A stretch of 64,000 nt of DNA, from the NCBI GenBank assembly GCA_948471525.1, contig CAOKSY010000001.1, positions 156,080 through 220,079 on the forward strand, read 5' to 3'. This stretch comes from an uncultured Clostridia bacterium (GTDB lineage Bacteria; Bacillota; Clostridia; Christensenellales; UBA3700). Below the pieces are notes generated by a model that made no database searches, had not been told where the DNA came from, and saw only the letters and a program-made list of their open reading frames with translations. Within the stretch, counting starts at the first letter, position 1, and each line of letters begins with the position of its first letter. Positions 39,520 to 47,994 of the stretch are shown piece by piece. The translations under genes were made by a program, and so were the position numbers.

Positions 39520-40167
39520 CTAATTAGTTTTGTCAACATACTCGCTATACGTTTGTATATTGTCTACCGCGGACTTGAAAATTTGCTCTATCCGCTCTTT
39601 CTTTTGCTCTTCGGTGTAATTGTCCGCAACGTCTTCTTTTACTGTAATTCTCAAAATCATAATACACGTTGCTCTTTTTCGCGGGGTTGTCTTTATATAA
39701 TAGACAGTATCATCGTCAAGTACTGTACCAGTGCAATACTTGTAACCTTTGTATTCTTGATCATATTTCTTTTTATCTTTTTTTGTTGAGAAATACACGT
39801 CTATATTTACAGGAATTCCCTCGCTGTCTGCTTTGCTGGAAAGGTAATAAGAACATTCGTCTATATTCTCTACTCTCGCAGACAAATCAGGATTGACTTT
39901 AAATCCATTATATATTATCATAACGGAGTCGGCATAATCGGCATTTCCTAAAAAACCTACTCTTTCCAGATTATTTACCGTCAAGAAATCGTCCGATAAA
40001 TATACTATGTCGTCTCCCATTACCGTACTCAATTTATCAAGACTAATGAACCTCTGAACAGTCAAATATCCGCTATTCAAAATACCCCATATTATACCTA
40101 ATATCAACACAGCCAATGCAAGTAGTACAATAAACGTTATTAATATTGCTTTCTTTGCCTTTGTCAT
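39520..40167 (-). CDS. Membrane-anchored protein, 215 aa (copy A), unknown family
   Basis: MTKAKKAILITFIVLLALAVLILGIIWGIL (single N-terminal TM), then a ~185-aa ectodomain with 3 Cys. RBS AGGGGG. Confidence 0.75.
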   Translation of the reverse strand: MTKAKKAILITFIVLLALAVLILGIIWGILNSGYLTVQRFISLDKLSTVMGDDIVYLSDDFLTVNNLERVGFLGNADYADSVMIIYNGFKVNPDLSARVENIDECSYYLSSKADSEGIPVNIDVYFSTKKDKKKYDQEYKGYKYCTGTVLDDDTVYYIKTTPRKRATCIMILRITVKEDVADNYTEEQKKERIEQIFKSAVDNIQTYSEYVDKTN

Positions 40168-40186
40168 AATACGCCCCCTTTTTAAT

Positions 40187-40228
40187 TTAATTACCGTTTA
40201 TATAGACGTTTCCCGCCGCGCAGAATTG
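40187..40228 (-). pseudogene. Orphan remnant of the peptidase gene 3' end (last ~13 codons)
   Basis: Minus strand reads ttc tgc gcg gcg gga aac gtc tat ata aac ggt aat taa = FCAAGNVYINGN*. The intact gene ends ...FCAAGNVYVNGI*. Confidence 0.55.
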
Positions 40229-40276
40229 GTGTAACACTATTGCAATTGACTTTCTGTATCTATGCTTGTTTATTAC

Positions 40277-40305
40277 ATTTTAGTATATAATTATCGGTTT
40301 GTCAA
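40277..40305 (-). promoter_or_regulatory. Promoter of module 3
   Basis: Minus strand TTGACA-aaccgataattatatac-TAAAAT with 17-nt spacing. Confidence 0.6.
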
Positions 40306-40330
40306 TAGCGAATTAAATAACTTGGGCATT

Positions 40331-41030
40331 AAATACGGGGCGCGTTATCTGCTCCCCGTATTTGATCTGCTAATTAGTTTTGTCAACATACTCGCTATAC
40401 GTTTGTATATTGTCTACCGCGGACTTGAAAATTTGCTCTATCCGCTCTTTCTTTTGCTCTTCGGTGTAATTGTCCGCAACGTCTTCTTTTACTGTAATTC
40501 TCAAAATCATAATACACGTTGCTCTTTTTCGCGGGGTTGTCTTTATATAATAGACAGTATCATCGTCAAGTACTGTACCAGTGCAATACTTGTAACCTTT
40601 GTATTCTTGATCATATTTCTTTTTATCTTTTTTTGTTGAGAAATACACGTCTATATTTACAGGAATTCCCTCGCTGTCTGCTTTGCTGGAAAGGTAATAA
40701 GAACATTCGTCTATATTCTCTACTCTCGCAGACAAATCAGGATTGACTTTAAATCCATTATATATTATCATAACGGAGTCGGCATAATCGGCATTTCCTA
40801 AAAAACCTACTCTTTCCAGATTATTTACCGTCAAGAAATCGTCCGATAAATATACTATGTCGTCTCCCATTACCGTACTCAATTTATCAAGACTAATGAA
40901 CCTCTGAACAGTCAAATATCCGCTATTCAAAATACCCCATATTATACCTAATATCAACACAGCCAATGCAAGTAGTACAATAAACGTTATTAATATTGCT
41001 TTTTTTGCCTTTGTCATAATACGCCCCCTT
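40331..41030. repeat. Tandem duplication, copy 2 (700 bp)
   Basis: See copy 1. The period is 850 bp. Confidence 0.95.
40370..41017 (-). CDS. Membrane-anchored protein, 215 aa (copy B), identical to copy A
   Basis: Identical protein; the single nucleotide difference is synonymous (AAG/AAA Lys). Starts 18 nt after the peptidase stop. Confidence 0.75.
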   Translation of the reverse strand: MTKAKKAILITFIVLLALAVLILGIIWGILNSGYLTVQRFISLDKLSTVMGDDIVYLSDDFLTVNNLERVGFLGNADYADSVMIIYNGFKVNPDLSARVENIDECSYYLSSKADSEGIPVNIDVYFSTKKDKKKYDQEYKGYKYCTGTVLDDDTVYYIKTTPRKRATCIMILRITVKEDVADNYTEEQKKERIEQIFKSAVDNIQTYSEYVDKTN

Positions 41031-41035
41031 TTAAT

Positions 41036-42373
41036 TTAAATGCCGTTTACATATACGTTTCCCGCCGCGCAGAATTTACTTACGTATAATTGTGCCGTTT
41101 TTTCTAGTTTATCACTATGAAGATATTCGTGCCAATTAGCATGACACACAAATTCGTCAAGTACTCCTAAAGAATTTTTTGTATAACCATAGACTACTAC
41201 ATTATGTTTTGACACCCCTACTGGCTTATTGTCTATATCATACCCAGTACCAGAACCAATGGTCATTATCGCAGGATTACCCGAATCAACCGCCTTCTTA
41301 ATATTAGTATATGTCGTAAAATGAGTAGGCTGACAATCTATACCATATGCCTCAAAATAATCCTTGAAGCCGTAATTTATATCTCTATAAGTTGCCGCCC
41401 CATCCACAAGAGAACTTCCTATCTGTAATACATTCGTATATCTATCTAAAATCGCCCTTACTTGTTCGGCGCGCGACAGTAAAGGATTATTATTAATTTG
41501 TGCTTTCGTATATCCATAACCAATTCTAGCCGGAATCAAGTTAGTATTTAATCTCATTCTATCATAATATTGTAATACCATTACCATTGAAACGATTGAG
41601 CAAGCGTTATATACGTTTTTAGGATAAAACAAGTCATAACCGTAATTAAAGTCCCTCATATAGACGGTTCCATATAGTTTGGGATCAAATCCATCAAATG
41701 TATATAATACTGAATTGTATTTTTCGTAACTAACATCTGCATTAGGAAGATTGTGCCAACAATAATAAATATTGACTTCACGTGCAAAATAATTAAATTT
41801 TTCGCTACTATTTCCAAGCATAGTAAGTCTAGTTCTATTCCCTGCTCCCAATGGCATAGGAGTATTTAGCGCCTCAATATAATCTTCATAATCCAAAGCG
41901 CGAAGTTCTGCCATTTTGTTTTTCATTTCTTCTGTTTCTTCTTCGCTGGCATAAACTGTTTTATCCGGATTCAACGACCTATAACCTTTCTCGTCAAGAA
42001 TATACGTATTGCCAAAACCGCCGTAATACTTTTTACCTTCCAATCCAAAATATACGGAATTACATTCGCCTCGTTCCATAATAGAAGAAGTTTGTCTGAT
42101 AACAATCATATAATAATCTACAAATTCATACAATCCATAAAGCGGCTCGCCATTAAAATCATAAATCTCTTCGATATCTATCAATGTCGGCAAATCCTTA
42201 TCCTCAAATTTATCTTTTAGGTTCATTATGGCTCTATCCTTTTCTTCTGCAGAAAAGGTTTCACCTTTTATACCTAATTTTATCTCGTCTGCAAAAGCCA
42301 CCCCGATTGTTCCAACGCCCATTGTTACAATCAAAATTAACAAAACACATAAAATTATAACTTTATTTCTCAT
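41036..42373 (-). CDS. Secreted putative cysteine peptidase (papain-fold, C39-like/C47/C10-like) with long pro-region
   Basis: 445 aa. Signal peptide MRNKVIILCVLLILIVTMGVGTIGVAFA. Candidate nucleophile in YNACSIVSMVMVLQYY, candidate His in KHNVVVYGY, then CHANW. RBS AGGAGGAG. Confidence 0.7.
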   Translation of the reverse strand: MRNKVIILCVLLILIVTMGVGTIGVAFADEIKLGIKGETFSAEEKDRAIMNLKDKFEDKDLPTLIDIEEIYDFNGEPLYGLYEFVDYYMIVIRQTSSIMERGECNSVYFGLEGKKYYGGFGNTYILDEKGYRSLNPDKTVYASEEETEEMKNKMAELRALDYEDYIEALNTPMPLGAGNRTRLTMLGNSSEKFNYFAREVNIYYCWHNLPNADVSYEKYNSVLYTFDGFDPKLYGTVYMRDFNYGYDLFYPKNVYNACSIVSMVMVLQYYDRMRLNTNLIPARIGYGYTKAQINNNPLLSRAEQVRAILDRYTNVLQIGSSLVDGAATYRDINYGFKDYFEAYGIDCQPTHFTTYTNIKKAVDSGNPAIMTIGSGTGYDIDNKPVGVSKHNVVVYGYTKNSLGVLDEFVCHANWHEYLHSDKLEKTAQLYVSKFCAAGNVYVNGI

Positions 42374-42425
42374 TATTTTCTCCTCCTTATCATAAAATTA
42401 ATGCAGAAACATTGCCTCTAATTGT

Positions 42426-42454
42426 ATTGTAAGGTATAATCATTGGTTTGTCAA
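42426..42454 (-). promoter_or_regulatory. Promoter of the peptidase module
   Basis: Minus strand TTGACA-aaccaatgattatacct-TACAAT. The -35 and spacer are homologous to the two other module promoters. Confidence 0.6.
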
Positions 42455-42569
42455 TATGAAAACTTTTAATTTTTATGTCGAATTTTGTCGAATACTCTTA
42501 TTACTTTAATATATGAGGAAATATATTGGAAGATAACTTTTACATCAAATTTATTTAACCTTCCATAGA

Positions 42570-43247
42570 TTAGGCGCTGTAACATTCTATATTCTCCAAT
42601 GCCGACTTAAACAACTGCTCTGCGCGAGTCTTCAAGTCGCTGTATGTATATTCATTTTTCTCCCATTCGTTCTCGTACAATATAAAAGACATCGAAAAAA
42701 GACAGTCCTTCTTTTCTCTTGTCTTTGTCACGGCGTAAAAACTTATACGCTCCGAGTAAATATCTTCCTTCAAACAATATCTATATCCGTTGTATTCTAA
42801 ATCAAGATCGGAACCTAAATATTTTAAACTTTTTTTATCGCTTGTAAAAGAAACTCTTGTCTCTATCTGCATGACGTCCGCACCTTTACAATAGACGTAA
42901 TACTCGCAATTATCCAATCCTTTAACTCTACTTTCGAGATGCGAGGGCGGCGATATTTGACGTGCGTCGTAATATACGATCACGTCCGCCATACCGAGGT
43001 CGCCTTCTCCGAACACTTGAGGAATAAATCCTTCCGGACGTATTATCAGATCGTTTTTCTCAAAAAAACTGTCCGAAAGATACGTTATATCGTCTTCCAT
43101 CACCGCGCTCAGATCTTCATAATACATACTTTTGCTTTTCGAATCAATTCCGCTATCAAGAATAATAAGTATTATTCCGAATATCATAAACGCAAGCATC
43201 ACCAACACTATTACCGTAGTAATTATGGCTTTCTTCACTTTCGTCAT
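42570..43247 (-). CDS. Membrane-anchored protein, 225 aa, divergent paralogue of the 215-aa protein
   Basis: MTKVKKAIITTVIVLVMLAFMIFGIILIIL. Shares the VM.DDI.YLSD.F, D.C.YY, GY.YC and EQ.FKSA..NI blocks with the 215-aa protein (~30% identity by eye). Confidence 0.75.
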   Translation of the reverse strand: MTKVKKAIITTVIVLVMLAFMIFGIILIILDSGIDSKSKSMYYEDLSAVMEDDITYLSDSFFEKNDLIIRPEGFIPQVFGEGDLGMADVIVYYDARQISPPSHLESRVKGLDNCEYYVYCKGADVMQIETRVSFTSDKKSLKYLGSDLDLEYNGYRYCLKEDIYSERISFYAVTKTREKKDCLFSMSFILYENEWEKNEYTYSDLKTRAEQLFKSALENIECYSA

Positions 43248-43266
43248 AATACGCTCCCCTTATAAT

Positions 43267-43308
43267 TTAAATGCCGTTTATATAGACGTTTCCCGCCGCG
43301 CAGAATTG
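43267..43308 (-). pseudogene. Second orphan remnant of the peptidase gene 3' end
   Basis: Minus strand reads FCAAGNVYINGI* and lies in the 5' leader of the 225-aa gene. Confidence 0.55.
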
Positions 43309-43356
43309 GTGTAACACTATTGCAATTGACTTTCTGTATCAATGCTTGTTTATTAC

Positions 43357-43385
43357 ATTTTAGTATATAATCATCGGTTTGTCAA
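43357..43385 (-). promoter_or_regulatory. Promoter of module 1
   Basis: Minus strand TTGACA-aaccgatgattatatac-TAAAAT. Confidence 0.6.
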
Positions 43386-43407
43386 TAGCGAATTAAATAA
43401 CTTGGGC

Positions 43408-43439
43408 ATTAAAAATGCTACCCTTTTATTGGATAGCAT
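43408..43439 (-). terminator. Terminator after the VanW-family gene
   Basis: Minus strand ATGCTA-tccaataaaaggg-TAGCAT followed by TTTTTAAT. Confidence 0.55.
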
Positions 43440-43447
43440 ACTCGCTG

Positions 43448-44398
43448 TCAAAATATATTGATATTCCAGTCGACTTTAGGTCTTTCGGGCTTTATATCCT
43501 CGCCCTTTTTTATTCTTACTATCTTGCCTTGTATCGGCAGATAGCTGTCGCGGCGAAGTTCCTTTTCTTTGACTTTGATTCCGTCTTTATAATACTCTAT
43601 GATCGCTCTGGACTTATATCCCTGTTTGCCCTTTTTGCTGATCACGTATTCGCCCTCGCCGTCAGTCAACACCTCGCCGTCCAATATATCCGACCATTCG
43701 ACCGTCGGTTGCGGCTCGGGTATGACTTCGACTATTTCGCTACGCAATTTTACCGTGTATTCCGTGGGATGTCCGTATATATCAAAATATATTCTCCCGT
43801 CTTTTGTATATCCGTTTACCAACACGTCGTAATCGGAATCGTTGAGCAATACCATATCTATATATTCGCTGACCGTCGCGTCTTGGGACAACTCGCAATA
43901 CGATGACGGAAGGCTGTGCGCACGTACGCGATCGCTGCTAAGTCCCGCTCTTATCCAAGCATTATACAAAGTCGTCGAGACCTGACATACTCCGCCGCCT
44001 ATGCCTTCGGTATATTCTCCGTCGACTATTATCTTGGCGTTTTTATAACCTCTTTCCTCTACGCGTTTGCCCACTATATCGTTGAAAGAAAGTTTTTCGC
44101 CTTTCTTGATAGCCAGCCAACTGAAATTGTCGCAAGCAAGCTTAACGTTGTGACTTCTCTCCTCTTTTGACGTGGAAAAATCCGTGCTGAACGATCCTAT
44201 GATCTGCATCTTAGGCGAAAAGTCGTACCGATTGGGACTATAAGCTCCTTCGGCATATTCGTCAATTGAGTATAGGAATACTCCGAACGTCGAAATTAAT
44301 AATGCGACGAATATAAATATTATGGCTGAATTGCCGAATTTGTAATCTGTACGACCTTTCACGCTGTCAGTATGTGAAAAAGTCGGCGAATTATTCAA
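43448..44398 (-). CDS. VanW-family protein with C-terminal G5-like domain
   Basis: 316 aa. N-terminal TM, VanW core GGGVCQVSTTLYNAWIRAGL, C-terminal G5-like GKQGYKSRAIIEYYKDG...GKIVRIKKG. Confidence 0.85.
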   Translation of the reverse strand: MNNSPTFSHTDSVKGRTDYKFGNSAIIFIFVALLISTFGVFLYSIDEYAEGAYSPNRYDFSPKMQIIGSFSTDFSTSKEERSHNVKLACDNFSWLAIKKGEKLSFNDIVGKRVEERGYKNAKIIVDGEYTEGIGGGVCQVSTTLYNAWIRAGLSSDRVRAHSLPSSYCELSQDATVSEYIDMVLLNDSDYDVLVNGYTKDGRIYFDIYGHPTEYTVKLRSEIVEVIPEPQPTVEWSDILDGEVLTDGEGEYVISKKGKQGYKSRAIIEYYKDGIKVKEKELRRDSYLPIQGKIVRIKKGEDIKPERPKVDWNINIF

Positions 44399-45869
44399 TA
44401 TTCACAGTTTGGACGATATCGGCGCTCGCGGAATCGACTGATAAGATATTTTCATTCTTACGTTGCAGACGCTCGTATGCGGGTCTGTTGCGAATCGCAG
44501 GCTGGATACTCAAAGCAAAAAATACCAAAAAATACGGATAGGTATAGGTAAAAGAATTTCCGAAAACCGCAGATATAAGATAGGCAAACGCTCCCGAAAG
44601 AAGTATGAAATCGGCAGTCTCCAGTCTCGCCCTGCCGACTACTGCTCGCGTAAACCACCATACCAATGCGACTGCATACATAACAAGTCCGAGAATGCCT
44701 ATATTGCTCGCTATAGTAAGATATTCGTTGTGAGCAACGTCCAAAGTCGGATCGTAGATATTGTTGGAATAATAGAGATCGAGACCTTTGCCGAACCACG
44801 GCGACATCTCTATCACCTTTATCGTTCGCATCCATAGACCGAATCTGTTTGTGCCCGCCGAACTTGCGTCGCCTCCGCCGCTGCCGCTCGAGAAAACGCT
44901 TTTTATATCTCTGAAAAGTTGAATATACGACCGCCACATTTGGCTTCTGCCGCAAAGCTCGACGATCAAAGTTACGACCGCGGATATCGCCAGAGCAAGC
45001 AACAGCCTTTTTGCGTTCAATTTTTTTGACATAGCGCCGCTGCAAACTATAAAAATAATGCCGCCTATAAATGCCAAGTTCGCGCCCAACGTATCGCATA
45101 CGAAAAGATAGTATACGTTCAGCGGAAGTATCATCGCAGCCGCAAACATTGCTATTTTATGTTTGGAAAATACTATCGCTCCGAAAGTTGCCGTTGACGA
45201 CATTGCCAAAAAATATCCGAAATGATTGGAGTTGTTGAAGACGCCTACTTTTGGAGAGATATTAAAATTCAATCCAAACAATTTCTCCAGAAAATCTCCG
45301 TACAATTCTACGTTAAACAACGATACCGTAATCAATCCCGAAAGTCCTATAAACGTCCAAAGCACCGCCGTCTTGGCAAATTTCACTTCATTGCGTATTG
45401 CGAATGACGCCAAAAATACCACGCCGTATCCGAGCACCGTAAAAAATCCCTCGTTTATGTATCCCGATCCGTAAAGAGATTTTTTTATGTCGGGCGACTT
45501 TAAAGTCGCTATAAAAGCCCAGACAAGCATTAGCGCCAAAGGGATCAGTATCAAACTGTCGAGGACGGTCTTGTCCAAGCCGCGTCTTTTGCCGTCGCAA
45601 AACCTGTAAATCCTGAATATGTAATAGACTGCAAGCACAAACGCCGCGGCGACCGTGCAAATTTTAAAATAAATCTGGGAATAGTACATCGGATGCGAAT
45701 GATCGGCGATCGTATTGTTCAACCGACCGTAACACAGAAGACAAAACAGCCCCTGCAACACTATCGAAATAACGCAGGCAAACAGAACGTACGACAGCTT
45801 TTTTTGTGCCGCGTCGAGTCTTTTTTCCCTCTTATTTAAATTTATGGATATATCGCAGTCAGCCGACAT
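44391..45869 (-). CDS. O-antigen ligase (Wzy_C) family polytopic membrane protein
   Basis: 492 aa with >=10 TM helices. NSNHFGYFLAM and AHNEYLTIASNIGILGL are typical of the family. RBS GGAGGAG. Confidence 0.8.
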   Translation of the reverse strand: MSADCDISINLNKREKRLDAAQKKLSYVLFACVISIVLQGLFCLLCYGRLNNTIADHSHPMYYSQIYFKICTVAAAFVLAVYYIFRIYRFCDGKRRGLDKTVLDSLILIPLALMLVWAFIATLKSPDIKKSLYGSGYINEGFFTVLGYGVVFLASFAIRNEVKFAKTAVLWTFIGLSGLITVSLFNVELYGDFLEKLFGLNFNISPKVGVFNNSNHFGYFLAMSSTATFGAIVFSKHKIAMFAAAMILPLNVYYLFVCDTLGANLAFIGGIIFIVCSGAMSKKLNAKRLLLALAISAVVTLIVELCGRSQMWRSYIQLFRDIKSVFSSGSGGGDASSAGTNRFGLWMRTIKVIEMSPWFGKGLDLYYSNNIYDPTLDVAHNEYLTIASNIGILGLVMYAVALVWWFTRAVVGRARLETADFILLSGAFAYLISAVFGNSFTYTYPYFLVFFALSIQPAIRNRPAYERLQRKNENILSVDSASADIVQTVNIE

Positions 45870-45966
45870 CGTCTCTCCTCCGCGATTTCATCGCGTTCGG
45901 TTTATATAAATGATTATGCATTGAAATTTATACTATCATTCGCGACAATCGCTGTCGATGTATGAC

Positions 45967-45990
45967 AAAACCCGACTTAATGTCGGGTTT
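45967..45990 (-). terminator. Hairpin downstream of the Wzz-like gene
   Basis: aaacccgac-ttaat-gtcgggttt, a perfect 9-bp stem; the U-tract is short. Confidence 0.45.
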
Positions 45991-46008
45991 GTGCATGCTT
46001 TTTGTATT

Positions 46009-47460
46009 TTAAAGTAAATTCTCTTTATCTTCTTCGTCCTGTATCTGCGCAATCTCTTCTTCGACCGCCGATTCTATTTGATCCTCTTCTTCGGTCTTTT
46101 TCTTTCCTGTCAGCGCCGCGATTTTCATAGCGCCTTTCTTGGATGTCACGACCATTGCTATTATCACGGCAAGTATGATGACTACCGCTATAATTATAAA
46201 GAACATCATCTTCGTAATAGGCGAGAAGGTGGTCTGTCTTGCTCCGGAAGTTACTCTTACAAGAGAGTTTATGCTGTAGCCGCTGTTGTAATCCTTCAGC
46301 ATTTCGTTGTACGAATTCAACAAAGCGTTGTAATCGTTGATAATACCGTTTGCCATCAAGAGCGCCTTGTCGTAAAGAGCTTTCTTCTCCTCGTCGGTCT
46401 TTCCTGCGAAATTATCTGCATTTGCGTTATAGTCGTTTAAATAACTCGTCCATATCTCCTGATTTTGCATTGCGGCGGCATGTTTATCAGTTGCCACCAG
46501 CAAAGCGTCTTGCAGTTTCTGAGATTCCTGTATTACGACGCCGGTGTTTTGCGAAGAGCCGGGAGTAGTTATTATAGTCTGTATGCTTGCCAAAGCTTCC
46601 TTGAGATCGCTCACTTGTTTAGCATAAGCGCTTGTCTCGGCGTTATACTCGTTAAGCTTCAGTTCAATATACGCTTTCTCTCCGTTGCCGTCAATGGCGT
46701 TGGTCAGGATATGCGTTCTGTATCTGTCGAGCTCTATCGAAAGACTTGCTACCTGAGAAGCAAGCGTAGAATAGGATACTCCTTGCGAGGAAGAAATAAA
46801 TTCGGGGGCTTTCTGCGCCCATCCTTTGAGTTCCTGCGCAAAAGTGTTGAGATTTTGACGCAAAGAACTGAAATTGAGGACAGTATTGACGCTCTCTCCG
46901 CTTACGCCGTCGATAGCGGCAAGTTTGGTCGTCATATTATATTTGGACTTAAAGGTCTCGATATACGTAGTAGTAATGCTGTCGACTATAGTCGAGTACT
47001 CGTTCCTCGAGCCTATCTTTCTGTCCAAAGCAGGGTTTTGAGCAAGAATGATCCTGTAATTATAGTCGTTGCTGACTACTCTGTCGCCGTCCTTGATTTC
47101 GTTTATGGAAACGGGAACAACAGATAGATTTTCGATAACAATATCGACAAGCACATCAATAGTAGCCTCGTCATAGCCGCACTTTACAAGCGCGTTGCGC
47201 ACGTTGGACGAAGATCGGATATCGTCGACGAGATTCATTTGACCTCCCCACGGATCGTCTCCCTTCTCCACTCCGGAGTAATAATACGTTATCTTTGTCT
47301 CATATTGGCTGTTTGTGACTATCAGACTGCATATTCCCATTATGCCCGCAGTTATTATGATACCGATCATCGCGTATACCAAAATGCGCACTCCGCTGAT
47401 CTTGATCTTCTGCCATATCATTTTGAAAGTCAATTCGCCGTTCTGCTGCTCTTCTTCCAT
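46009..47460 (-). CDS. Bitopic envelope protein, polysaccharide chain-length-determinant (Wzz/PCP)-like
   Basis: 483 aa. TM near the N-terminus and another near the C-terminus flank a long helical ectodomain, followed by an acidic tail. Placement next to the O-antigen ligase supports the call. RBS GGGAGGT. Confidence 0.55.
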   Translation of the reverse strand: MEEEQQNGELTFKMIWQKIKISGVRILVYAMIGIIITAGIMGICSLIVTNSQYETKITYYYSGVEKGDDPWGGQMNLVDDIRSSSNVRNALVKCGYDEATIDVLVDIVIENLSVVPVSINEIKDGDRVVSNDYNYRIILAQNPALDRKIGSRNEYSTIVDSITTTYIETFKSKYNMTTKLAAIDGVSGESVNTVLNFSSLRQNLNTFAQELKGWAQKAPEFISSSQGVSYSTLASQVASLSIELDRYRTHILTNAIDGNGEKAYIELKLNEYNAETSAYAKQVSDLKEALASIQTIITTPGSSQNTGVVIQESQKLQDALLVATDKHAAAMQNQEIWTSYLNDYNANADNFAGKTDEEKKALYDKALLMANGIINDYNALLNSYNEMLKDYNSGYSINSLVRVTSGARQTTFSPITKMMFFIIIAVVIILAVIIAMVVTSKKGAMKIAALTGKKKTEEEDQIESAVEEEIAQIQDEEDKENLL

Positions 47461-47707
47461 ACATACCTCCCTCGGAATCGGTGCCGATTATAAATAATTA
47501 TAACACTTCCGAATGCTTATATGCAATAAAAATAACTTAAAAATCAGTCTTATTGGATGCAAAATCGTATTTCTTGTCGAATTTTTAACTTTTTTTAATA
47601 CTCTTAGCGAAAACATTCGCATATCTTTCGGCTTTTCTTAAATCAAAACACTTGCCAAAGCGTTATTTTTATGATAATATCATTTTATTAAAACTTAATA
47701 TCGTTAT

Positions 47708-47797
47708 AGAGAGTTGGCTGAGTGGTCGAAGGCGCACGATTGGAAATCGTGTGAACGGGAAACCGTTCCGAGGGTTCAAATCCCTCACTCTCTGCCA
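47708..47797 (+). tRNA. tRNA-Ser (anticodon GGA), CCA encoded
   Basis: Hand fold: acceptor AGAGAGT/ACTCTCT, anticodon stem CACGA/TCGTG with loop TTGGAAA, long variable arm GAACGGGAAACCGTTCC, T arm GAGGG-TTCAAAT-CCCTC, then G-CCA. Confidence 0.9.
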
Positions 47798-47802
47798 TTG
47801 CA

Positions 47803-47835
47803 AAAGGACACAGAATAGTGTCCTTTTTCTTTTTG
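47803..47835 (+). terminator. Terminator of tRNA-Ser
   Basis: GGACAC-agaata-GTGTCC followed by TTTTTCTTTTT. Confidence 0.8.
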
Positions 47836-47915
47836 CGAGAGTTGCGGGTTACCGAAATTGTGACGCTCGCTTTTTACACTTCCGCTTGCTCGCTATACCG
47901 TCGCTGCGCTCCTTA

Positions 47916-47938
47916 CAAATCCCTCACTCTCTGCCATT
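47916..47938 (+). repeat. Direct repeat of the tRNA-Ser 3' end (att-like)
   Basis: caaatccctcactctctgccatt is identical to 47777-47799 within and just past the tRNA. There is no matching 5' half. Confidence 0.8.
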
Positions 47939-47942
47939 AAGA

Positions 47943-47989
47943 CACACGCAAAAGGAGCGTACAAATTACCCCGAAAGCGTGTGTTTTTC
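47943..47989 (+). repeat. 47-nt hairpin repeat, copy 1
   Basis: cacacgcaaaaggagcgtacaaattaccccgaaagcgtgtgtttttc. Stem cacacgc/gcgtgtg + T-run. Same as 50505-50551 with 1 mismatch. Confidence 0.85.
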
Positions 47990-47994
47990 ATATT

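Larger units (their letters stand above)
39481..40180. repeat. Tandem duplication, copy 1 (700 bp)
   Basis: A block-by-block comparison shows 39481-40180 equals 40331-41030 except for one base (40153 c vs 41003 t). Confidence 0.95.

Noticed and set aside
39481-41030. Possibility that the regular repeats here are a CRISPR array or minisatellite.
   Set aside because: The repeat unit is 850 bp and encodes a complete gene with RBS and terminator. There is no short repeat-spacer periodicity anywhere in the window.
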